Source: an uncultured Pelagibacteraceae bacterium (GTDB lineage Bacteria; Pseudomonadota; Alphaproteobacteria; Pelagibacterales; Pelagibacteraceae). From it: a DNA stretch of 64,000 bases. The notes below the pieces were generated by a model, which was not told the DNA's origin, ran no database searches, and was given only the letters and a program-made list of their open reading frames with translations. How positions within the stretch are numbered: position 1 is the stretch's first letter; every line of letters begins with the position of its first letter. The stretch spans positions 1,742 through 65,741 of the forward strand of contig CACJKF010000002.1 in NCBI GenBank assembly GCA_902593905.1, in the 5' to 3' direction. Below, piece by piece: positions 37,921 through 47,906 of the stretch. A program made the position numbers and the translations under genes.

Positions 37921-39779
37921 TGCCTAAAAATAAAACAGTTCACGAAAACTGCGATGTATTAGTTGTGGGCGGAGGTATGGCTGGAACTGGTGCAACTTTT
38001 GAAGCTAGACATTGGGGAAGAGATCTAAAAATAATTTGTGTAGAAAAAGCAAACATTGATAGAAGTGGCGCAGTTGCTCAAGGACTTTATGCAATTAACT
38101 GTTATATGGGTATGAGATGGAATGAAAACCAACCCGAGGACCATGTAAGGTATGCAAGAAACGATTTAATGGGATTAGTGAGAGAGGACTTGGGTTACGA
38201 CATGGCACGCCACGTAGACTCAACTGTTCATATGTTTGATGAATGGGGTCTTCCAATGATGAAAGATAAAAAAACAGGAAGATATCAAAGAGAGGGAAAG
38301 TGGCAAATAATGATCCATGGTGAAAGTTATAAACCAATAGTAGCTGAAGCAGCAAAAAAATCCGCTGATAAAATTTATAATAGAATAATGATTACTCATC
38401 TTTTAATGGACGAGAATAAAGAGAATAGAGTAGGAGGAGCTGTTGGCTTTAATATGAGAACAGGTGATTACCACGTGTTTAGAGCAAAAACAGTTATAGT
38501 TGCAGCTGGAGGAGCCTCGCACATTTTTAAACCAAGAGCAGTCGGAGAAGGCATGGGTAGAACTTGGTATGCTCCATGGAGCAATGGATCTGCATATGCA
38601 TTACCGATTGCAGCAGGTGCAAAAATGACTCAAATGGAAAATAGAATTGTATTATGTAGGTTTAAAGATGGGTATGGTCCTGTAGGAGCCTATTTCTTAC
38701 ATTTAAAAACTTACACTCAAAATGCGAATGGTGAAAATTATGAGAAAAAATGGTACGACCAAACTAAAAAGTTAGTAGGTGAATATATTGATCATCATCC
38801 AGTTCCAACTTGCTTGAGAAATCATGCATTTATTCAAGAGGTCATGGCAGGAGGAGGACCAATTCACATGGTTACAAAAGAAGCATTCCAAGATCCTCAT
38901 CTAGAAACAGTTGGCTGGGAAAACTTTTTAGGTATGACTGTAGGCCAAGCTGTAGTATGGGCTTCACAAAATATAGATCCTAAATATACCAATCCAGAAT
39001 TAACCACTTCAGAGCCTTATGTAATGGGATCACACGCTACTTGTTCAGGTGCATGGGTAAGCGGACCTGAGGATATTTCTCCTAAAGAGTATTTTTGGGG
39101 TTACAATAGAATGACAACAATTGATGGATTATTCGGAGCTGGTGATACAGTTGGAGGAAGTGCACATAAATTCTCCTCAGGATCTTTTACAGAGGGAAGA
39201 TTAGCTGCAAAAGCTGCCGTTAAATATATTGAAGATCAAAAAGCCACTGATCTTAAAGTTTCAGATAAACAGTGTGATGAATTTAGAGAAATTATTTATA
39301 AACCTTTAGATAATTATACAGTAAATAGAAATGAAATTACTGGTGGAACAGTTTCTCCTAGTTATATCTCACCAATTCAAGGGTTACAAAGACTTCAAAA
39401 AATTATGGACGAGTATGTTGGTGGTATTACTGCAAATTACATGACTAATGACAATTTACTTAAAAAAGGTTTAGAGCTTTTAGATTGGCTTCAAGAAGAT
39501 TTGGAAAATGTTGGCGCAGAGGATTATCATCAACTTATGAGAGCTTGGGAATTAAAACATAGAACACTAACATCTCAATGTGTAACAGAACATACTCTTT
39601 TTAGAGAAGAGACTAGATGGCCTGGCTATTATTACAGAGGAGACAAATTAAAATTAGATGATGAGAATTGGCATTGTTTAACTGTTTCAAGAAGAGACCC
39701 AAAAACAGGAAAATTTAGTTTAGAAAAAATGCCGGTGTACCACATAGTAGGTGACGAAAAAGAAAAGAAAGCTTCATAA
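37920..39779 (+). CDS. aprA: Adenylylsulfate reductase alpha subunit
   Basis: RSGAVAQGL.AIN, WQIMIHGESYK, HKFSSGSFTEGR, REETRWPGYYYR. Confidence 0.97.
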   Translation: MPKNKTVHENCDVLVVGGGMAGTGATFEARHWGRDLKIICVEKANIDRSGAVAQGLYAINCYMGMRWNENQPEDHVRYARNDLMGLVREDLGYDMARHVDSTVHMFDEWGLPMMKDKKTGRYQREGKWQIMIHGESYKPIVAEAAKKSADKIYNRIMITHLLMDENKENRVGGAVGFNMRTGDYHVFRAKTVIVAAGGASHIFKPRAVGEGMGRTWYAPWSNGSAYALPIAAGAKMTQMENRIVLCRFKDGYGPVGAYFLHLKTYTQNANGENYEKKWYDQTKKLVGEYIDHHPVPTCLRNHAFIQEVMAGGGPIHMVTKEAFQDPHLETVGWENFLGMTVGQAVVWASQNIDPKYTNPELTTSEPYVMGSHATCSGAWVSGPEDISPKEYFWGYNRMTTIDGLFGAGDTVGGSAHKFSSGSFTEGRLAAKAAVKYIEDQKATDLKVSDKQCDEFREIIYKPLDNYTVNRNEITGGTVSPSYISPIQGLQRLQKIMDEYVGGITANYMTNDNLLKKGLELLDWLQEDLENVGAEDYHQLMRAWELKHRTLTSQCVTEHTLFREETRWPGYYYRGDKLKLDDENWHCLTVSRRDPKTGKFSLEKMPVYHIVGDEKEKKAS

Positions 39780-39788
39780 ACTATTTTC

Positions 39789-40139
39789 ATGGATTTGATA
39801 AACAAGAGTGATGATGAAATCATCAAAATAGCCAATCCTATTTGGGAAAATTTAGTAAGATCATCAAATAATAAAGATTACGGTAGTTTCACAAAAGATT
39901 TTTCATCTCAAATGCTTTACGGAGCAAATGAAGTAGAACTTGGAAAGCAGTGGGCTAATAATAAATTACTTACAAGTTTGTCAGAAAAACAAGAGTTTTT
40001 AGGTTGCATAAGAAGAGATAAATTCATCACTGTTCTTTATAAACAAAAAAGCAATACCGTATCTGGAGAGTTTCTTGGGAGATTAGTTCTAGGATTGGAA
40101 GGGGACATGGTAAAAGTCTTTGGAGCAACAATTTATTAA
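39789..40139 (+). CDS. Hypothetical protein immediately after aprA
   Basis: 116-aa ORF 9 bp downstream of aprA; alpha+beta pattern. Confidence 0.65.
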   Translation: MDLINKSDDEIIKIANPIWENLVRSSNNKDYGSFTKDFSSQMLYGANEVELGKQWANNKLLTSLSEKQEFLGCIRRDKFITVLYKQKSNTVSGEFLGRLVLGLEGDMVKVFGATIY

Positions 40140-40178
40140 GATTGACAACTTTAGATTTCAGGCATACTGCTAATATAA

Positions 40179-41282
40179 ATGCTCGAAATTTATCTTCCTA
40201 TAGCTCAAGTCAATATTGATATTTTTCTTCTTTTATTTTTAAGTTTGGCGGTGGGTGTTTTATCTGGATTATTTGGTGTAGGAGGAGGATTTTTAATGAC
40301 TCCATTTCTAATTTTTATGGGCATTCCTCCTGTTTATGCTGTTCCTAACGAAGTTAACAATATTCTTGCAACCTCTGTCTCTGGTTCTCTTACTCATTGG
40401 TACAAAAAAACATTAGACTATAAAATGGGACTAATGATTGTTTCAGGCGGTGTAGTTGGAACAATAATAGGAATAATGACTTTTACTTTTTTCTCAGAAA
40501 TTGGAAAAATAAGTTTAATAATCTCTCTACTTTATATGTACCTTTTAGCCATGGTAGGAACTTTAATGTTAATTGAGGTAATTAAAGAGAGAAATCGATT
40601 AAAATCAAAAACCAAAATTAAAAAAAAATTACACGATCATAATTGGCTTCAAGGCTTACCTTTAAGAATGAGGTTTAATAAGTCTGGATTATACGAAAGT
40701 GCATTTACTCCAATATTGTTAGGTTTTGTCGTGGGTTTTGTTGCTGCAATGATGGGAATTGGTGGAGCATTCTTAATGGTTCCAGCAATGATTTATATTA
40801 TTGGAATGCCAGTAAAATTAATTCCTGGCACTTCTTTATTTGTTACAGTTTTTATCAGTGCAGTCGTTACAATTTTACATTCATTTAATTATGGTACGAT
40901 TGATTTATTTTTAGTGGTTCCTTTAATACTTGGATCAATTGTTGGAGTTCAAGTTGGACAAAAGATTGGTCAATTTCTTGATAGCAATGAGCTTAAATCT
41001 TTATTTGCAATGCTTTTAATAACAGTTGCTATTGCAATTGCTTACGATTCATTCTTTAGAGAAAAAATAGATTTTAACGGCAGTAAAGTTTTAGTTCCTG
41101 AATTAAACAGTTTGGCAGAATTTATTGTGAGAGTTTCTAATGAAGCACCTTTCTTGTATGGAGCTTTTGCAATAATACTTGCTGTAGCGCTTGGAGCGTT
41201 AATGGCATGGTTTAGAAAAATTGTTCATGATTTTAGACATAAAAAACCAAAACAAGAGGAAGTTAAGTTTCCTGTAAAATAA
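40179..41282 (+). CDS. Sulfite exporter TauE/SafE family protein
   Basis: SGLFGVGGGFLMTP and MGIGGAFLMVP repeats; TTGACA -35 at 40142. Confidence 0.9.
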   Translation: MLEIYLPIAQVNIDIFLLLFLSLAVGVLSGLFGVGGGFLMTPFLIFMGIPPVYAVPNEVNNILATSVSGSLTHWYKKTLDYKMGLMIVSGGVVGTIIGIMTFTFFSEIGKISLIISLLYMYLLAMVGTLMLIEVIKERNRLKSKTKIKKKLHDHNWLQGLPLRMRFNKSGLYESAFTPILLGFVVGFVAAMMGIGGAFLMVPAMIYIIGMPVKLIPGTSLFVTVFISAVVTILHSFNYGTIDLFLVVPLILGSIVGVQVGQKIGQFLDSNELKSLFAMLLITVAIAIAYDSFFREKIDFNGSKVLVPELNSLAEFIVRVSNEAPFLYGAFAIILAVALGALMAWFRKIVHDFRHKKPKQEEVKFPVK

Positions 41283-41678
41283 TTACTTTTTTTTGTATTT
41301 TTGTTTTTCAGGTATTACACCTCTCACTCCCCCCCTAGGATCTTTTACATCTCCTTTTCTTCTAGGAATTAAATGAATATGACAGTGCATGATAGACTGA
41401 CCAGCATCTTCACCAATATTAACTCCGATGTTAAATCCTGATATACCACTATCTAAATTTATTAATTCTTTTTTTTGCTGTTTAATTACTTTGTCTAATT
41501 CTACAATCTCATCTTTATCTAAATCAAAATAACTACTCACATGTCTATTGGTAATAATCAAGGTGTGATGCTTGGTAACAGGATAAGCGGTATCTCTTAT
41601 GATAAAAAAAAATTTTGTAGATTTGATTATTTTACAGTTTTTTTTTGAACAAAATATACAATCTTCTAAGGAAGACAT
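41283..41678 (-). CDS. HIT-family nucleotide hydrolase
   Basis: CIFC; GFNIGVN.G..AGQ..HCHIHLIPR histidine triad. Confidence 0.92.
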   Translation of the reverse strand: MSSLEDCIFCSKKNCKIIKSTKFFFIIRDTAYPVTKHHTLIITNRHVSSYFDLDKDEIVELDKVIKQQKKELINLDSGISGFNIGVNIGEDAGQSIMHCHIHLIPRRKGDVKDPRGGVRGVIPEKQKYKKK

Positions 41679-42844
41679 TAAGCACTTCGATAAAGTTTTG
41701 TCATGACAAACTCTCTATGACCTAAAGCTTCAGCACATGTTAATCTACCATTTGCAACTTTTAAAGTTGTTTCAATTAATTTGTCTCCAGCTTGATCAAG
41801 GTTCATTTCTCTTGATAAAATTTTTGAAACATCACAGTCAACATGCTCACTCATTAATTTTGCTGTAAGAGGGTTAGCAGTAAGTTTTACAACTGGTTCT
41901 ATCGGATTACCAATAATATTGCCTTGTCCAGTTGGAAAAAGATGTATATTAAATCCACCTGCCGCTTGAAGAGTAACACACTCTGCTGCGGCTGAAGATG
42001 TATCCATAAAGTATAACCCTTTACCTTTTTTTGGTTCTTCGGCAGGTTCTAAAACATCAATAAATTTTCTCGATCCAATTTTTTGAAAATTTCCAAAAGC
42101 TTTTTCTTCTATAGTAGTCAAGCCGCCTGCAATATTTCCTGCAGTTGGTTGGCTTTCAGATAAGTCATTAGTTGCCTCTTTTAATATGAAATCATTATAC
42201 TCGCTCCAAGTTTTCATAAATTTTTTCTGCGCCTCAGGAGTAGCTCCTCTTTTAGCGCAAACTTGTTCTGCACCAGTTAATTCTGAAGTTTCCCCAAAAC
42301 ATAAATGAACACCAAGAGGTTCTAGTTTATCCATTAAATTCCCAACAGTCGGATTAGAAGCTAATCCAGATGTTGTGTCCGACTCACCGCATTTAACTGA
42401 TATCCATAGATCACTCATTGGACATTCTTCTCTTTGTTTTTCAGAAGCCCACATAGAAAACTCTTGTGCTTTTTTAGAAGCTTTCATTATCGTTTGAATG
42501 TCTCCACTTCTTTCAATGTGAAATCCTTCAACTGGCTTTCCAGTTTCTGCAATTCCGTCGACAATTTTTTTTGTCCACTTTGGCTCTATTCCAATTACAA
42601 TAACAGCAGCTACGTTTGGATTTCTACCTGTACCAATCATTGTTCTAAAATGTAATTCTAAATCTGCACCAAATTGCAACCTTCCATAAGAATGAGGTAG
42701 TGCTATTGTTCCTTTAATATTGTTTGCTACAGCTTCAGCACAAGCATTAGAAATGTCGTCTACTGGTAATATTATTACGTGGTTTCTTGTACCAGCTCTC
42801 CCATTTTCTCTTTTATAACCTAAAAAACTTTTTGGAATTTCCAT
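41678..42844 (-). CDS. suyB: Sulfolactate sulfo-lyase beta subunit (UxaA family)
   Basis: [40 protein letters not shown]; start reset to MEIPK at 42844; sulfonate context. Confidence 0.85.
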   Translation of the reverse strand: MEIPKSFLGYKRENGRAGTRNHVIILPVDDISNACAEAVANNIKGTIALPHSYGRLQFGADLELHFRTMIGTGRNPNVAAVIVIGIEPKWTKKIVDGIAETGKPVEGFHIERSGDIQTIMKASKKAQEFSMWASEKQREECPMSDLWISVKCGESDTTSGLASNPTVGNLMDKLEPLGVHLCFGETSELTGAEQVCAKRGATPEAQKKFMKTWSEYNDFILKEATNDLSESQPTAGNIAGGLTTIEEKAFGNFQKIGSRKFIDVLEPAEEPKKGKGLYFMDTSSAAAECVTLQAAGGFNIHLFPTGQGNIIGNPIEPVVKLTANPLTAKLMSEHVDCDVSKILSREMNLDQAGDKLIETTLKVANGRLTCAEALGHREFVMTKLYRSA

Positions 42845-42848
42845 TTTA

Positions 42849-43136
42849 TTACCATTTCTTTGTTTTGACATTGTGAACGTGTACATGCTCACCTTTTTTA
42901 ATCTCTTTAACAACTTTACCAATATCGTGACCATATTTAAAAATAGTGTCACCAACTTTTAAATCTTTAAGTGCGATTTTATGACCTAATGGCACTTCAT
43001 TTGTAGAGGGAACATTAATAGTTTTATCGTTCTCCATAATCCAAGCATTGCAATCTTGGCCTTTTTTAGTTGTTTCTACTACAACAACTCCTACGTTATC
43101 TTTTTCGTCGTGGATGATCAGGTCAGGTTTTGACAT
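42849..43136 (-). CDS. suyA: Sulfolactate sulfo-lyase alpha subunit (SAF domain)
   Basis: [39 protein letters not shown]. Confidence 0.88.
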   Translation of the reverse strand: MSKPDLIIHDEKDNVGVVVVETTKKGQDCNAWIMENDKTINVPSTNEVPLGHKIALKDLKVGDTIFKYGHDIGKVVKEIKKGEHVHVHNVKTKKW

Positions 43137-43212
43137 AAAAATATCTAATGGATATAGACTAAAATTTAGTATATTGAAAGATAGTTTTTCAAGTATAATT
43201 TAGGAATTCTTT

Positions 43213-44994
43213 ATGGCTAAAATGACAACTGAAGAAGCTTTTGTAAAAGTCTTACAAATGCATGGCATTGAACATGCATTTGGAATTATTGGATCTGCGT
43301 TTATGCCTATTTCAGATATTTTTCCAGATGCAGGTATTACTTTCTGGGATGTTGCCCACGAAACTAATGGAGGCTTAATTGCAGACGGTTACACAAGAGC
43401 GACAGGAAAAATGTCAATGGTTGTTGCACAAAATGGTCCTGGAATAACTGGGTTGGTTACGCCAATTAAAACTGCTTACTGGAACCATACTCCTCTACTT
43501 TTAGTTACCCCTCAAGCAGCAAACAAAACAATGGGTCAAGGTGGATTCCAAGAAGTTGAACAAATGAATTTATTTAAAGACATGGTTTGTTATCAAGAAG
43601 AGGTTAGAGATCCATCTAGAATCGCAGAGGTTTTAAATAGAGTTATAGAAAAAGCCATTAGAGGTTCAGCTCCAGCACAAATAAATGTACCAAGAGATTA
43701 TTGGACACAAGTAATAGATATTGATTTACCTCCAATCGTAAGACTAGAAAGACAAGCTGGCGGTGCAGCAGCGATAGAAGAAGCGGCAAAATTACTTTCT
43801 AGCGCTAAATTTCCTGTAATTTTATCAGGTGCAGGTGTAGTAATCGGCGGAGCAATTAAAGACTGTGTGAAGCTTGCTGAAAAATTAGATTCACCAGTAT
43901 GTTCTGGCTACCAACATAACGATAGTTTCCCAGGAAGCCATCCATTAGCAGTGGGACCTTTAGGTTACAATGGTTCAAAAGCTGCGATGGAATTAATTGC
44001 AAAAGCAGATGTTGTCTTAGCACTAGGCACAAGATTAAATCCTTTTTCTACTTTACCAGGTTACGGCATTGATTATTGGCCAAAGAATGCAAAAATTATT
44101 CAGGTAGATATGAATTCAGATCGAATAGGTTTAACTAAAAAAGTGACCGTCGGAATTTGCGGAGACGCTAAGTTAGTAGCTCAACAATTATTAAGTAAAT
44201 TATCACCAAAAGCAGGTGATACTGACAGACAAAAGAGAAAAGATTTAATTCACCAAACAAAATCAGCTTGGTTACAAAAACTTTCTAGCTTAGATCATGA
44301 AGACGATGATCCAGGCACAGTTTGGAATAAGGAGGCAAGAGAAAGAGATAAGGATCGAATGTCCCCAAGGCAAGCTTGGAGAGCAATTCAAGCAGGAATG
44401 CCTGAAGATGTAATAATCTCAAGCGATATAGGAAATAATTGTGCTATAGGAAACGCTTATCCAACTTTTGAAAAAGGAAGAAAATATTTAGCACCAGGCT
44501 TATTCGGCCCTTGCGGATACGGTTTTCCATCTATCTTAGGTGCTAAAATTGGTTGCCCTGATACCCCTGTAATTGGTTTTGCAGGTGATGGAGCATTTGG
44601 AATTAGTATGAATGAAATGAGTTCATGTGCACGTGAAGAGTGGCCAGCTATTTCAATGGTTATATTTAGAAACTACCAATGGGGCGCAGAAAAAAGAAAT
44701 ACTACATTATGGTTTGATAATAATTTTATAGGAACAGAATTAGATCCAGAATTAAGTTACGCAAAAGTTGCTAATGCATGTGGCTTAAAAGGAGTTACAG
44801 TAAAAACTATGGAAGAAACCACTAAAGCTATTAAACAATCATGTGAAGATCAAAAAAAAGGTATTACAACATTTATTGAAGTAATACTTAACCAAGAATT
44901 AGGTGAGCCATTCAGAAGAGATGCTATGAAAAAACCAGTGAGAGTGGCTGGGATTAAAAAAGAGGATATGAAACCTCAAAAAGGCTTAAACTAA
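43213..44994 (+). CDS. xsc: Sulfoacetaldehyde acetyltransferase
   Basis: MTTEEAFVKVLQMHG, TPP motif GDGAFG..N, WGAEKRN, ELGEPFRRDAM. Confidence 0.96.
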   Translation: MAKMTTEEAFVKVLQMHGIEHAFGIIGSAFMPISDIFPDAGITFWDVAHETNGGLIADGYTRATGKMSMVVAQNGPGITGLVTPIKTAYWNHTPLLLVTPQAANKTMGQGGFQEVEQMNLFKDMVCYQEEVRDPSRIAEVLNRVIEKAIRGSAPAQINVPRDYWTQVIDIDLPPIVRLERQAGGAAAIEEAAKLLSSAKFPVILSGAGVVIGGAIKDCVKLAEKLDSPVCSGYQHNDSFPGSHPLAVGPLGYNGSKAAMELIAKADVVLALGTRLNPFSTLPGYGIDYWPKNAKIIQVDMNSDRIGLTKKVTVGICGDAKLVAQQLLSKLSPKAGDTDRQKRKDLIHQTKSAWLQKLSSLDHEDDDPGTVWNKEARERDKDRMSPRQAWRAIQAGMPEDVIISSDIGNNCAIGNAYPTFEKGRKYLAPGLFGPCGYGFPSILGAKIGCPDTPVIGFAGDGAFGISMNEMSSCAREEWPAISMVIFRNYQWGAEKRNTTLWFDNNFIGTELDPELSYAKVANACGLKGVTVKTMEETTKAIKQSCEDQKKGITTFIEVILNQELGEPFRRDAMKKPVRVAGIKKEDMKPQKGLN

Positions 44995-45785
44995 TTTAAA
45001 ATTGAAGCAGGGTCTAATTTAACATCAAACCAATTTAAACGAATATCTAAATGAGGACCAGTCGCTCTTCCGCTTTGTCCAAGCGTTCCAACAATTTGAC
45101 CTTGTTTTACTTTTTGACCAACTTTTACGTCAATATCTTTCATATGCATGTATAGAGTGCTAATACCATGTCCATGGTCAAATATGATTGTTCCTCCGGT
45201 AAAATACATATCATTTTCTGCCAAAGTAACTTCACCGTCCATCATTGCTTTTACTGGTGTCCCCTCTGGCGCATGAAAATCTATTCCATAATGTGGTCTT
45301 CTTGGTTTGCCATTTAGAATTCTTTGACTACCATAAACACCAGTTATTATATATTTATCTATTGGATAGATAAATTTATCTTTAAAAAAATCGTAAGCAG
45401 TATCAATTGATCTAGCTTTACCAATTAAAATATTATCTTTTTTAATTCGATCATATACTTCAGGAGGCGGTGTTACTTGTTTTGAAGGCAAGCCATCTAT
45501 TCTCTGAATTTTATATTTCCTTTTTAAAACTTGTTTTTCAATTGTTTTTGTTTTTCCATCTTTTTTAATAATAATAACAACATTATTTTTTCTATCCCTG
45601 TCTAAACCAAAAGCAAAGAATCCATCTTTAGAAACCCTTATTTTTTTATTGTCTACTTCTACCTTAGAATTTGGTTTTGTTTTTCCTAAAATAAAAGAAC
45701 CTTGCTCAAATTTTCCTAAAAATTCTACAGCAACTAAATATTGATAATTAAAAAAAAAGATTAAAAATAAAAATATTAATCTCAT
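44991..45785 (-). CDS. M23 family metallopeptidase
   Basis: HYGID; DHGHG..LYMH; GRATGPHLD. Confidence 0.9.
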   Translation of the reverse strand: MRLIFLFLIFFFNYQYLVAVEFLGKFEQGSFILGKTKPNSKVEVDNKKIRVSKDGFFAFGLDRDRKNNVVIIIKKDGKTKTIEKQVLKRKYKIQRIDGLPSKQVTPPPEVYDRIKKDNILIGKARSIDTAYDFFKDKFIYPIDKYIITGVYGSQRILNGKPRRPHYGIDFHAPEGTPVKAMMDGEVTLAENDMYFTGGTIIFDHGHGISTLYMHMKDIDVKVGQKVKQGQIVGTLGQSGRATGPHLDIRLNWFDVKLDPASILN

Positions 45786-46546
45786 TTTGCAGTCCAGCCC
45801 CCATCAATAACTATTGATGTCCCAGTGATCATTGAAGCTGCCTCAGATGCTAGAAAAGTTATTGAAGTCGCAACATCACTTACAGTAACGACTTTGTTAA
45901 TTGGAGTGTTCTCTTTTACATATTTATTATACTTTTTGTCTGCAAAGTATTTTTTGGTTCTTGGGGTTAAAACTATATTAGGGCAAACGCTATTAACTCT
46001 TATATTATATTTTGCTAAATCTAATGCCATGCCTTTGGTTAATCCCTCAACACCAAATTTAGTCATACTATAGACAGTTCTTTTTTGCCCAGCAACAAGT
46101 CCAAAAATAGAAGAAACATTAATGATTGATCCACTTTTTCTTTTTAATTTAATAATTTGATTAGCACAAAGTTGGGCGATATTAAAAACTGCTTTAGTAT
46201 TTACATTTAATAAAGTCTCCATTGAAGATTTTTTAACATTTAAAAAAGGTTCTGGAATATTAGTTCCAGCATTATTAACTAAAATGTCAAGCCTCTTAAG
46301 TTTAGTTATAAAAGATTTTATTCGATTATAGTCATTTACATCGCAATTAAATGGCACGTAATCAACTTTAAATTTTTTAATTTCTTTCTTCAAAGTATTT
46401 AGTTCTATTTCGTTTCTACCAATAGCTATTACATTTCCACCTGCTTCAGCTATAGCTATAGCCGCACCTCTACCTAAGCCTTTGGTAGCACCAGTTATCA
46501 GAGCTGTCTTACCTTTTAAGTTTATATCTTTTAAAAAAATTCCCAT
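45782..46546 (-). CDS. SDR oxidoreductase (HpsO-like, paralog 2)
   Basis: TGATKGLG, NNAGTN.PE, YSMTK; start reset to the TAATG overlap at 46546. Confidence 0.75.
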   Translation of the reverse strand: MGIFLKDINLKGKTALITGATKGLGRGAAIAIAEAGGNVIAIGRNEIELNTLKKEIKKFKVDYVPFNCDVNDYNRIKSFITKLKRLDILVNNAGTNIPEPFLNVKKSSMETLLNVNTKAVFNIAQLCANQIIKLKRKSGSIINVSSIFGLVAGQKRTVYSMTKFGVEGLTKGMALDLAKYNIRVNSVCPNIVLTPRTKKYFADKKYNKYVKENTPINKVVTVSDVATSITFLASEAASMITGTSIVIDGGWTAK

Positions 46547-47310
46547 TATTGTGCTGTCCAACCTCCATCCACTAATAAAGATGTTCCTGTAATCATTGCA
46601 GATGAGTCTGCAGCCAAAAACGCTACTGCAGTTGCAACGTCACTTTCTTTAGCAACCCTACCTAGAGGAATATTTTTGAGCATTTTATTTTTAAATTTTT
46701 TATTTTTAAAAAACTTTTTCACCATCGGTGTTTCGACAAATGTAGGGCAAATAGTATTAACTCTTATATTGTAATGAGCTAATTCACACGCCATACCTCG
46801 TGAAAGGCCTTCTACTCCAAATTTATTCATGTTGTAAACATTACGCCCCTCACAACCAACCCTTCCTAGTTGAGATGACATATGAATAATAGATCCACCA
46901 ATTTTTTTTCTATTTTTTGCTTTTACCATTTTTTGGGAGCACAATTGTGCAACAATGAAGGCTGCTTTCATATTTAAATTAGTCAAATATTCCATGTTTT
47001 CTTTTTTTACTTTTGTAAAATGCTCAGGACGATTATTACCCGCGTTATTAACCAATATGTCTAATCGAGGTATTTTTTTTAAAACTTTTTTAAATTCTTC
47101 TGTATTTGTAACATCACAAACGAAGGATTTACTTGTACCTTTAGTCTTTTTTATAACTTTACTTACTTTATCTAAATCTGATTTTGTCCTACTTAATATT
47201 ATTACTTTTGCTCCAGCCTCTGCTAATGCTATTGAACATGCTTTTCCAAGACCTTTTCCTGCTCCAGTTACAAGAGCGGTTTTATTTTTAAGATTAATTT
47301 TTTTCAACAT
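46546..47310 (-). CDS. SDR oxidoreductase (HpsO-like, paralog 1)
   Basis: TGAGKGLG, SSQLG, YNMNK, PTFVETP. Confidence 0.75.
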   Translation of the reverse strand: MLKKINLKNKTALVTGAGKGLGKACSIALAEAGAKVIILSRTKSDLDKVSKVIKKTKGTSKSFVCDVTNTEEFKKVLKKIPRLDILVNNAGNNRPEHFTKVKKENMEYLTNLNMKAAFIVAQLCSQKMVKAKNRKKIGGSIIHMSSQLGRVGCEGRNVYNMNKFGVEGLSRGMACELAHYNIRVNTICPTFVETPMVKKFFKNKKFKNKMLKNIPLGRVAKESDVATAVAFLAADSSAMITGTSLLVDGGWTAQ

Positions 47311-47906
47311 TAAAGAAATAATATATTAATATCAGTATATATTAAATCTATAGCAACAGCTAATATAGCTAATAAACCCAACCAAGCTATCCATTTATAT
47401 TTTTTAATCCAACCTGAAATTAAATTAGCTGCAACAGCCATTAAAACTATTGATAAAACTAGACCAAAAATTAATAAATGATAATGGTGTCCTGCAGCAC
47501 CGGCAACTCCCAAAACATTATCTAAACTCATGGTAAAATCCGCTAATAATATTGTCCAAATAGCCTTTAGAAAACTAGAGTTATCGACTTTTATATTATC
47601 ATTTTTTGCGCCACCTTTTATGACATCAACATAAAGTTTGTAAATAATGTATAGTAACAACAAACCTCCTATTAATCTCAGTCCGCTTATTTGCAACAAA
47701 TAAGCTGTTAATAATGTAAGAATTATTCTTAAAACTACTGCACCTCCAATGCCCCAAAAAATGATTAGCTTTCTCTGTTGAACAGGAAATTTAGAAGCAA
47801 CCATGCCGATGATAATTGCATTATCTCCAGCAAGCACTAAATCAATAAAAATAATTTGAGTTAAAATTGTTATTTGTTCAGGGGTAAATATTTCGGCTAA
47901 CATCAA
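47310..47906 (-). CDS. TerC/YjbE family membrane protein
   Basis: [10 protein letters not shown] and [11 protein letters not shown] motifs. Confidence 0.9.
   Translation of the reverse strand: MMLAEIFTPEQITILTQIIFIDLVLAGDNAIIIGMVASKFPVQQRKLIIFWGIGGAVVLRIILTLLTAYLLQISGLRLIGGLLLLYIIYKLYVDVIKGGAKNDNIKVDNSSFLKAIWTILLADFTMSLDNVLGVAGAAGHHYHLLIFGLVLSIVLMAVAANLISGWIKKYKWIAWLGLLAILAVAIDLIYTDINILFL

Noticed and set aside
41678-43136. Altronate/galactarate dehydratase
   Set aside because: The split small/large subunit form beside xsc and the sulfite exporter fits SuyAB; the listed 42955 start overlaps suyA and is too long
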